Of a stretch of DNA of 64,000 bases, positions 27,601 through 39,600 are shown piece by piece. The translations under genes were made by a program, and so were the position numbers. Position 1 is the first letter of the stretch. The number at the start of each line of letters is the position of its first letter. Source of the stretch: Botryllus schlosseri (Eukaryota); assembly GCA_051294905.1 (NCBI GenBank), contig CM119371.1, positions 14,510,001 through 14,574,000 on the forward strand, given 5' to 3'. The notes below the pieces were generated by a model. The model ran no database searches. It worked only from the letters and a program-made list of their open reading frames with translations, and was not told the DNA's origin.

Positions 27601-30600
27601 TGGTTTGATCCAAATCAAGTATTGTAATATACTTTCTCGGGTGTCTCATGTATACTGTCATATTTCGGTACACTGATTTAGCGATGCAATAATCCCTCCA
27701 TTGTCGCATCTCAATTCACGTTACCGGAATACTATATAACGCACAATATGAGCACTGAGCAGTTCTGTACACGAGATCGTGCACACGTAGCCATTGTGCG
27801 CAGGGAACCGACGCCTGGAATTTTGCATCCAGATATGTTTTCGTTTCAGCATAATAGTTGTTGGTATAACTTTGCCGTTACTAATATAGAAATATATGTA
27901 TATACATAATTAGTTGAGTAAGATAACAATGTCCATTTTCCACAAATGCACTACTGAATGAACGTAAAATCTAGTAATTGATAGCCAAACTCGCGTTTGA
28001 TGTAGCGATCTAACGAATTTTCGTAAATGTAAATCAATTAATTAGGCTATAGTTTGAACATGAATGCATGTATAAAATTGCGTATAAATCAGAAGCATTC
28101 TTGAGCACGCAACGTCGTGATTTTCTATTCAAGTACAATTAGAATGTGAGATTTCCAAGTAAGTAAAGCGTAGGTATTCTAGGCCTGAATTGCTTAAAAA
28201 CTGACAACTGAATAAGAGGAAGTGCAGTATAAAATTAAACTCACATGAATAGGAAGTGCAAGTATAATCCAAACTGATTTAAGTACTCCTAAAAAGTAGA
28301 ACTACCTCGTAACTAAGTACATCTCCGGTTTTAAGCAGGCCTGAGACAGTGGCCTACATCATCAGCCCCCCTACCTAATGAAAATGTTGGTCACTAGCTT
28401 AAAAGCACGTTTTATTCTTATACGGAATATGTCTATGTTTGTATCTAGTCGTGCGAAGAGTGAAAATATTTTATACTAAGAATTGAATTATGTCCATAAT
28501 ATTCGTAATTGCACATATTGCTAGTACTTTTTCATCGTCTCCAAGTCCTCCTGATCAGATATACTGGTTGGGCTGAGGGAGGTGGTGACTTCGGATATAG
28601 CAATCGAAGGAACATCAATCAATCAATCAATCGATGGATTAGATATTTTCATCTGCCCAACACACACACACAATGTACAATGCGATATACAAGACACACA
28701 ATGCGATGTAATAAACAGATAGGGGGATGTAGAACGACCGACCAGTTGGGGTCTCTTGAACAGGCATCCTCCTCGACCTAGTGCCTGATGTCACAGTCTT
28801 CTCCGTTGTTATTCTTTCTTCGTCGGTCCTTTTTAGAAGCTTTTTCTTGGTATTTTTCTTTCTTTGTCGGGTCTCTCTTTTCTGCGCTTTTTGTCGCCGT
28901 AAGAACAGCGACACGGGGGACGAGGAGCCCAAAATAACCTTCGACTATTCCGCGCCTATGAATAATCGACATTGGACAATTTTCAATACGGTATATATAT
29001 TAATGGTTTCGGTCAACATGCGGATCTAATTTTCGACCACGGTTTTATTTGGTTACACACTTCGCGAAGTCGCATGTTGACAGAACTCCAGTTGTCTTGG
29101 TGTGTCGTGGAGAGGTAATGGCCGGCGCTTAAATGCCTATTTGTTTATAAATGATGCGCGTTTTTCCTTGTGCGCTGCAGGTACGCATTATAAAAGTGTA
29201 CATTTAATTACACTAAATCGCGCCCAGCGAGAAGAAAATTTTGAAGTTGTACCGAATCTCACACAAAACACTCCTCAATTCATGTTGATTTACGAAATAA
29301 TTTTGGGCCCCCTTCGAGCTCGCTCCCACCCTACGTGGGGGATTTGGGATGCGGCATTACGGCCCTGGATTTAAGGTACCATACCCATTCAGATCTTACG
29401 CTGTAAAATCAGCCTTTCGCTAGACAGGAGTTCGGAAGCTATCGATGAGATGGTTTTACTTGAGTAAAAATGGAAATCGGAAAATGAATTGCGACTCGTG
29501 TCCTCATGACTGGGCGGCAACCCTGCGGCGTAGGCTACTTTACATGAATCAAATATGTTCCATTACAGCAGGTTGGAGATTCCGTCTTGGCAATCGTACA
29601 TGCACTTGATGAATATCATAATGCTGCATGTAATGGGAGTCGTGGAATGTGCCCAGCTATATCGATACAACGTGGAACTAATCGCCTCGCCTCAATGCTT
29701 ATACCGATATTGAAAAACATTAACTTCACAAGTAAGGTCATCAAATTGCCATGGTAAAGCGGAGTCTCAGTTACTGTTTAATTACTACTAGTTTTTGACA
29801 AGGATTACATTGAATGCTGCATGGCAGATGAGCTCCTTGCCCACCCAGAAATGAGTTATGTCATAGCGGAACATTCGTCCAACCATGCACGTGTAATCAG
29901 ATGTATACTATACGCCTAACGGTATAGTGCATATAGTCTAAGTCAAGATTATATAGCAATACCGTAGCAGTTTAGTTGGATGATCATTTTCTTATCATTT
30001 TTCCTGCCTTTGAGCAGATTCCAATGGACATCATGTGTCTTTCGATGAGAATCAAGACGGAATGACAATCTATCACATTTTCAACACTACAACGCAGACA
30101 AAACAGTTCCTGACGGTTCTTTAAGAGAAAAATGGACATTGGTCGGACAGTACAAAAACAAAGGTAGAAGCTATGGTATTTTGACCAGTTTGTACCTCTC
30201 CTAGTCGCCAGCTCACTACACACCATTGATGGGATCAAGTCACTACCTTCGAGTCACGAGTCATTTCGAGTCATTGCACATTTTGACTTGAGTCAAGTCA
30301 AGTCAATCGGTTTTCGAAGGGGACTCGAGTCAAGTCAAGTCACTCGAATTTTGGAGGTGACTCGAGTCAAGTCGAGTCGAGTCAAGTCACGAGTCAAGTC
30401 ACAATTCAAGTCAAGTAGCCTATTTGAAGTATTAGGAATGATTACGTCATTGCATTTTACTAGCTGCCTGATATACAGATTGAGTGGTCATTGACTCTGA
30501 ACCAATGAACGAATATAGAGTTAACTATACATGCAAAATGGCGCTGTATTGCTCACATATACGAACAGAACAGCCTCCGTTTATAGTCACCAGCGAAAAT

Positions 30601-33600
30601 AGAGAATAGAGAAAAGAATTTATAACATACAATACATTGGCCATTTACAAATTGATATAATACAATTCGAGCCTGCGCCAGTGGGTGAGGACTACATAAA
30701 CTATATTCGAGTTCAATTTCAATCAAGCAATATGTTTGGTTAAGGTAAGAACAGAGAACAGAAATATACATTTTGCTATTAAATTACTTTACTATACTAG
30801 TTTACGACAACGTAAGCTGTAAGTTTCGATCAGTTCGTTTGCGGTCAATTCATTTGTGAGAGAACAATGGAGGGTCAGTAAAACGCACGATCATTGAATG
30901 ATTGGTCGCTTTCACGGGTTACACCAGCATATTTCGCTAACAATCCGACCATATGCAATATACAGTGATTTCTATCGACGCCGATTACTTGATGATTTGA
31001 AATTGACTCGTGAATTTTGCTTCGAGTCACGAGTCAATCCACATGACTGATATGCCGAGTCAAGTCAAGTCATTTTAGCAAAGTGACTCGAGTCAAGTCA
31101 TACGAAAAACGTGACTCGAGTCATTCCAACACTGCTACACACGACACTTGCTACCAAAACAAGGCAATGCCATCTTATCAGCCTTAATCAAAACATGAAA
31201 TGATCATGAAAGCGATCTTACGCGGTTACTAACCCTATGTTTCCTTTACAGCCATACAATTGGAGAAGGAGTTGAATGAAAAGGTTTATAATACGGAATC
31301 AGTATGCAGCAAGCCGTGCGGATCTGGACAGGCTATTGTGATTCAAACGGAGGTCTGTCAATACATCTCAACATATAGCAATCGATGCAGATATAGCTAT
31401 ATACTTTATCATTTCCGTTTACGTTCAGTGCTGCTGGCATTGTGAGCAATGCGCTGATAATGAATTCGTATCTGACAACGGCACAGCGTGTACCACATGC
31501 TCACCGGGACACAAACCCAACTCGGAGAAGACTGGATGCCATCCTCTCGTGATAATGTATGCTAATGGCAAATTGTTAGCTAAATCACGAAATTATACGA
31601 GTTTATATCTGTCGTGAGTAGTATAGTCGATCGGTCGTGAGCGGCTATTGGCTCTTATGGGCGCGGCGGTGAGGTGCCTGGAAACTCGTGGTGGCATGCT
31701 AATGTTTTTTGGTATACGTGCGGCGACATGCTAACGACGATAAATGTGTCTGTCATGTATTCTTACGGGATCTGTGGTGACTCGCCATGTGTTCTTATGG
31801 GTGCGGTCGCATGCGGCTATTGTGTCTTATGGGTGCGGTCGTGAATCGCCCTTTCGGTATAGACATCTCTGGCACGTCGTACTTTCGCATGTCGTGCTTT
31901 CGCGTATAGGTTGTGTTGGTGATTCGCCATGTGTTCTTATGGGTGCGGTCGTGATTCGCACTTTCAGGCATCTCTCACGCGGTGTTGAATATGTACGAGT
32001 CACCAATAATAACCGCACAAACGGAAACGTGGCTTGCAAGAGAATTAAGCAGTGCGTGCGACCTATATTTCGAATGACCTGCGTGCGGAATTGTTTCCCG
32101 GCCAAATGCGTGCTACTATCGATTATTACACTAATCCATTCAGTGTGAAATAGTTTGCTAAATCTAGGAGTCACTTCCAAGGTAATATTTTGGTAATTAG
32201 TTTACCACAGAGCCGGCGTAGACGATGATTCGAATATCAACAATAACCGCGTTCACAAACTAAAACTTCAAAAATGTGTGAAATAGTTTGCAAAACCCCG
32301 CGATCGCAGACAAGATAATGTCTCGGACATAACCATCTTTCGCGACTTGGTGTTACAGCCATATCGATCGCTCACGCGGTGAAATATTCGTAAGCATCAC
32401 TCGCAGAATTATATTTTGGTAATTATTTTGTCACAGAGCCGGCGTAGACGGTGATTCCAACACCAACAATAACCGTGCACACAAACTAACACTTCAAAAA
32501 AGGTGTGAAATATTTGTAAAATGCTACGATCACTCACAAGATAATGTCCCAGACATAACCATCATTCGTGACTTGATGTTACATACATACCAATCGCTCA
32601 CAAGGTAATATTTTGATAGTTTGGTACGGAACTTGATTTCACTCGTAATATTTATTAAGTAACGAATAACAGACCGCCAGTGTCGGTAACTTGAATAGCG
32701 ACAAATTGTCACTTATTTCCGCTCTAACCCTAATCCTTTGTGAAGTGAACGCTTATTCAAAAGGGTGTGATATAATTTTAAAATCCAACGACCACTCACC
32801 GGATAATGCTTCAGACATAGCAATCCCTCATACCCGCTCACAAGGTAATATTTCGGTAATTAGTTTGTCACAGAACCGTCGCAGGCGGTGATTCGAAAAC
32901 CGACAATTTGTCACTCGCCCACGATCGCTATATGTTTCAAGCCTCCAGAATAGTGGCTGACTTTATTTGCGTGATAAGATCCATGAAAATATTCAATCGA
33001 TGTGTTAGTTTGTCAACTTGAAATGTAACTCACTACACAAATCAAGTTGAATCGTATTTGAATGTATTGATTCGACCCAACTCAAATCCTTTGACAAATC
33101 CTATTAACGCGATCTGTTGAATCGAACGTAAACTGAATATTACTGACGCCAACATTCACCCGCATCGGATCATTCACACATTCCACGCCGCTGTTTTAAC
33201 ACTTATAGAATCAATACCAACTATCTCTAACCTGATAATATTCAATCATTTTGGTAATTTCCCAACTTTAAATCCATTCGCGGGCTGTACTAAAGGTAAA
33301 TCCAAATAATCCAGAATGAAATATTTGGACTTTGACATTGCGCGAATTGAAATAGGTTTGACAAACATGACCACCAACTTTCACCCAGTCACATTTCAAG
33401 ATTATACTTTGAAACAATCCTTGAAACTTACAACTCTATTCACGACTGAGTTTTCCGTTTATCAAATAGAGTTTCAGTAAATACTATCGCGATATTTTAA
33501 TGTGTTACTACACACAATAGAATCATTCAATGAAATAACACCTGTTGTAAATATTTCTAACTTGACAACCACTCGTGCATACCGCGATCGACTTGTGACG

Positions 33601-36600
33601 CGATGAGTTAAATCGGAATATTTCAATCTATTTGTCGAAACCTTGAACAAACTATCAGGTTATTTTTTGTTGCAATCGAGTGAACGGAAATAGTATTACG
33701 TCTCAACATTTCAACATCTTCCCATACACAAAAGAGTAAAATACAAAAAACCTTGTCAAGTCAATCCGTTTGTAACTTACCCAACCAGAACAAAAAGTAT
33801 CCTTATGAAAAGTAGACAAGACTACGCAAGTAATCACTACAACAGGGCCGGCCAACCCGTGGCCCGCGGGCCACATGTGGCCCGCGAGAAGGTTTTGGGT
33901 GGCCCGCGAGGTAATTTCCGAAATTTCTAATATCAAAAATGGATTGCACAGATTGTGAACTTGCAAGGCCAACCAAAAATTTGATTAGTTTGGCCGCAAC
34001 ACTTAAGATGTGATGACTAAAATATCAGTTCCGACGCATTGACAGATCCATCAGCCAGTCACATATTGGTATATCTTCGTACACTACAATAAAGCAGAAT
34101 AATTTGGGATGGATTTATCAAAAATAAAAAAAAAATTCTGCATGCTTAGCGCAACATGTTGTCACTCGCTTCCTTGTTTTTAATATTGCTGCCCTTTTCG
34201 TGAAAATGGAAGAACGTATGATGTATCAGATTGAGTCTAACTATATTCGCGATTACGGGACAAAGTGTCGTTCAACATATGCGACCTTGCGTTTGCACTC
34301 ACAGTAAGATCGTTGACTATGAAACCTAGGCACGGAAAGATTGACGCATGTTGGTCGCAGCTTTCGATATCGATATGTCCATGCGTCGAATAGCCCATTA
34401 CCCGCAAACTTAGCCCAGCGATATACGGCAGGCTCGCAATATAGTCAAGTGACAATATTATTGACCTATGAACTTCAAAAAATTTTCGCACTTCGCGCGG
34501 TAAGTGGCCCGCGCAATATTTCGTCCATCGAATGTGGCCCTTTGGCTGAAAAGGTTGGCCGGCCCTGCACTACAACCAACAAACATATCAAGTTCGGTTT
34601 TAGGCATATACCACCAACTCGTCTTATTGGAATGTCAGCAACTCTTTACGGTCATAGTTACAACCGCATTAACTAATTTACCCGGCCAACACGTCATGAT
34701 CATTCCTGAAATCAACACAAACGCGGTCACTGACTTGAGTTAACCACAAAACGGCATCAAGTTTTTAATCCACTTGTAGCTGACGGATTATTCGAATGCG
34801 TCGATGGAGAATATTATTGAACTCGTCGGTATTGTTACTTCAACAAATTACACCGACTGCGAAAGTTAATATCGAATGGTAAGACTTTTATGAAGTTGTG
34901 TGTTTAATGAAAGCGATTGGTTACAAGTATGTGTTGGGGAAAGAAAATTTATTTTTCTGTATGTGACGAAATGAAAATAGATTCGTGGTTCTAATTGAAT
35001 TGTGACTGTGTTGTTTTAATGTAAGTTTCAACAGGTAGACTTGACACTGAACAACAATTCGACCCACAAAAGATATTCGTTGTATGATTTGTCACTGGTG
35101 TGTAAAGGGTTAGGAATATTTTGAATGATAATATCTACTAGCTGTTTTGTTGTGAGGGCGATCATGTGATGACTCAGCACTTTTCGTTAGCAAAGTAGAT
35201 TGATCTATGTGAAAGATGTAAGGACCGTGACTAGAAAACTACTTTGTTGTTGGGGTACTGCTATGGCATTGACATAACCCTCTGGGAGTGAGTATGCTTT
35301 TCTTTCACGAAAGTTTACGTACCCCCGTTGTAATAAATTTGTGTTAACTAGACTAGGATGGATACCGCAATTGTGCTTGACTTACACATGGTATTCGCAT
35401 ACTGTACACATACAAACTTTTGTGTAAACAACTCTCTGATGTTTCTGTTAGTACTAGTTCTGTGTTGAACTATTTGATTATTAAGATACATGAACACCCA
35501 TTCAGACAATAAAGGTCTTGTGATATCGAAACAGTTTGTAGAGTCTGACCAACCATTCTTTAGTTTCGTAATGCGAGAATATCGAGTAAAGTTAATTACT
35601 TAGTGTGATGTTAATATCCTTCGTACTTTTGTAAGAGTTGTGGAGTAACATGCAAAGTAACTAGTTGACACAAACAAAATATTGAATGACTGCTAACGCA
35701 TTGAGTTCATAATCCAAGAGGGTGAAATTTGTTTACTGTTAAACTAACATAACTCATATCCAGCAAAACAGATACAATCCGATGATGTGATGTTGGTCAA
35801 TATCCATTTTGTAAAGATTGAGTAAATCCTCCTCCGTCAGGTGGGTGTGATTCGAATCAATAGCATGTTACACATAAACATCATTTGTATTGAGGGTGAT
35901 ATTGTGAAGATGATGCCGCAACAACACAACAAGTAATATTTTGTATCGGGTGTTTGTACTTTAGGAATAGCGGAGTGTGCGATATTTTGGATATGTGTGC
36001 ACTAGGGTTGTTCAGAATTGATCGACTTTCAAAATGTCGTGGTTTTCAGTCCGATTCCCATGCCTTATACCATAAAAACATATTTTAGGTACTTTTTTTC
36101 GTAATTCATCCCTTGCATCCGTGTGCACATTGAGCTGGAAGAATATCGGCTAAAAATAGGGGATTCCCCTAAAATTTGAGTGTCGCTATTCGGACTAGGC
36201 TAGTAAAACGTCATATATAAGTAGGTTTTATGTAGCTATTGCGGTTAGAGTGCTACATAACCTCACTATAGAAAGTATTGTCAGTTCAGGACACCATTTT
36301 CATGTCCCACAATGCCTTAGAACTCCTCAAAACTGCCTAAGACTGATAGTCATTTTGTTGGATCACCTATCCTACACTCCTCAACCCTACCGGAGATTAT
36401 TCATCAATTGCCGGGATCACCACGTGCAAGAATACAACTGTAAATGTATCATTCACTCACAGCCACATTATAAACATCACATTGTTCAAAGGAAACGAAA
36501 CAAAAAGGCAAAGAAACAGATCAACTTGGCAAATACTACTTAAATCAGGTCCGGATGAAATGGTTGCTTTAGAGCACTGGTTCCCAACCTGTGGTACGCG

Positions 36601-39600
36601 TACCACTAGTGGTACGCGAAGGTCTTCCAGGTGGTACGCGAGTAGATTCTGTTTTTTTCCGACCGAAGGGAGTTACTAGTTCGGGTAAGGTTGATTTTGA
36701 GGTTTTTGAAGCCGTCGTCTCACGCTATTCCCCATCAGCTGCTAATTTTCCCTTATACGTGGGAATGCAAGCAAGGATTTTCATCCCTGATGACTATCAA
36801 ATCGAAGAAACGAAACCGACTTGTTGCGCCCATACATGAGTTTTGATGCGCTGTAAGCAAACGTACACCACGCATCGACAAGGTAGTGGAAAATAGACAA
36901 AATGCAGCAATCGCATTTAATAAAGTGACTTTCGAATGTGTGTTGATATTTCATTATCTTGTTCTTCTTGTGACTGGTGTTGAAAAAACAATTCCATACA
37001 TCCCATCAACCCTGGGTGATAATGCCTAGTTCAGGGGTGTCAAACTCAAATTGAATCGCGGGCCGGATCGAAGTCATGAAATCGCTCGCGGGCCGAACCA
37101 GTCAACGGAATCCAAAATGTTGCCTCGTGCCATTGCTTCTTGCTGGAATACTTTATTATCAATCATATACTATATAGATAATACACGGATCGTAGGGGTT
37201 TCATTCTAGCGAGTCGCAACACCATTATTTGCGAGCAATGAAATTGACGAAAATACGATGTTTGTCCGGTTGAATACAATGGCATTACCGGCGATACAAT
37301 AAGACATATTTCAGTGTTCCCTTTGCTTTAGTCCAGGGGTGGCCTACCTAAGGCCGTAAGAGGGAATTTGTGCGGCCGTAGACATGCAATTCGGATTTAC
37401 GAATTGACTCCCGATTTCTTGAAAGATTTTAATTAATCTTGAAATTTTCTTCGCGCTGGGCGCGATTCAATGCGACTACATTTTTCGATTTTAATATAGT
37501 AGCACCCTTTGCAATCAGAGCCCCAAAATACAGATGCGAACATCAATGGAATGCGCCTCACATGGAAATATCAGCTCGGAATCGTGTGCTCCTGACTATA
37601 CTAAAAATCCTGATGGCAGGTCAAGAAATAACTGCTTGCTACAAAGTTACTAATACCAATCGTCCCACCCGAGGATGCATCATAATTTATAACTTGCGTT
37701 AAATTTTCGAAAACACCCCTACATCAACTCTATACCAGTGAATCTGATCACACGGGATGAGAAAGAATAAATGTTTGATGGTATGATGTAAAACTATTAA
37801 TATCAATGATGAAATTCATTGGTGAAACTGATTTTTTTCGCGCTTGGCACGACTATGAGCACTTCCATCCTTAACATTACCAGTGACCACTCGCCATTTT
37901 GGTGCGCATTAAGCCTACCATTAAATAGATTAGTCCGGAGTTTACCAGAAATGGACATAGACACATTAACCTGGGTATTTGGCGTCCAACTCGTTCATTA
38001 CGACTATGCCCTGGAATGCGGCCGTAGGCTACACGAGTAGTCGAAATGTGAATGACAAAACGGTTGGCCACCCCAGCTTTAGTCATAATCTGGCGTTATC
38101 CCTGCGTATGCGTTGTGATGAATACAAGATATTTAACTGTCAACGCGGACTTTGTAATTTGGTTTATTATTGTGGATGTCGTGGATAATAGAATCTTTTT
38201 TCAATGTACTCAGAATTGCTATGCGGGCCTAATAGAATCGTCAGGCGGGCTGGATCCAGCCCACGGGCCATTATGTTTGACATCCCTGCCTAGTTTATTA
38301 GAATTTGTTAATACACCTCGCATAGGTCAAATATGTGAGTATGACGTCATAAATGGTGGAAACGCGCGTAACTTATATAGGTGGTACGCGAGCACTGCAT
38401 AAAACCTCAAAATGGTACGTGGGTGGAAAAAGGTTAGGAACCACTGCTTTAGAGAAATCGGCATATCTGTTCCCGTTATCTTCCACGGCTTGTAAGAGGC
38501 TCGCTCGCTGTTTTTTGTCATCTGTTTTGAAAGCATCAAAGTCGGTATTCAATTTCACCAAACGCTCTGCTGCGCCGTTTACTATTTCAACGCCACTCAC
38601 AAATTCTTGAGCAGTCACGAAATGCGAATCAGTATGCCATTCCGAAACTGGAAGACTAAACCAATCATGTTCGACATGTATAGCATTGAATAGAAACCAT
38701 GATTCCGGTTCAATTAAAGCAACCATACTCATTGACTCAGAGACAGAGTCAGAGATTAGACTCAGAGGTATAGCCTACCTCTGCGAAATTGTTCAAGGAT
38801 TGGCATTTGCAGCAATTTAGCAGCCATCGCTTCCTCCACTTTGTCAGGAATCTTTGGTTTAGCCGAGAACATTGTTGATACCACCGTTTCCTCGGTGAGA
38901 TGCCAATGATGTTCGCGCATCTTTTTATATGCCACATCAGCAACTGTGAAATCGCACAATGAAAAGTCTGTCATGCCATGAAGGAATTTGAGATCAATAT
39001 ACTGTGCGTCACATGCATTACCAGTTTTCAACCAAGCTGGGACATAAAACAGGGCAACTTTCTAATGAACTCTTCAGAATAGCCCATTTGCTCTCTCCAC
39101 ATGAACATTTTTGACAGTACAGCACTTGACTCATCCATCCAGTGCTATTAGTAGCACCAGGCTTGCGAAAACGATTATCAATATATTGGGCTGCTACAAT
39201 CGCCAAGGTGCCTGTTGTACATTCTCTGTAGTCATTTATTATCAAGACTTCTTTCTGCTTTCCATTATATGGCTTCATCAGTGGAATTATTTCTTGCTTA
39301 GCTTCATCAGCTCTGATCGCCAACCAGCTGCATTCATCAAACTGAAGTATTTAGAGCTTCTTAATTGATCAATATCTTTCCACTTCTTGGAAGGTATTAA
39401 AATCTGTGTTTTCAGGGCCTGTGGTCGCAGATCCAAACACACTTCACTTCCAGACCTCCCCGGGTGACTAGTTCATAAATATGATGGCGACAAGCAGAAG
39501 TAGAAAGTAGAAAACTTTTCTGTTTATCAATTCTTCAAGTAACAGAACCGCACCTTTTTTTTTCCATTGTTTGAGGGTGTTGTGTCAAACACAAGAGCTC

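Larger units (their letters stand above)
36575..38446. mobile_element. hAT Charlie-type MITE inserted in the hATm transposase 3' end
   Basis: CACTGGTTCCCAACC...GGTTAGGAACCACTG; TSD CTTTAGAG. Confidence 0.9.

Noticed and set aside
28639..29029. Lys/Arg-rich and Phe-rich ORFs
   Set aside because: They arise from the low-complexity pyrimidine tract of a SINE body.
30230..30420. GAGTC/GACTC arrays resembling CRISPR or satellite repeats (also 17000-17510, 60560-61400, 63030-63200)
   Set aside because: There is no constant repeat-spacer period. They are subterminal motifs of TSD-bounded hAT elements in a eukaryotic context with no cas genes.
36250..36543. Duplicated ORF MLHNLTIESIV... (also at 39765-40079, minus strand)
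   Set aside because: A by-product of the long inverted ends of the hATm-like element, not a duplicated host gene.
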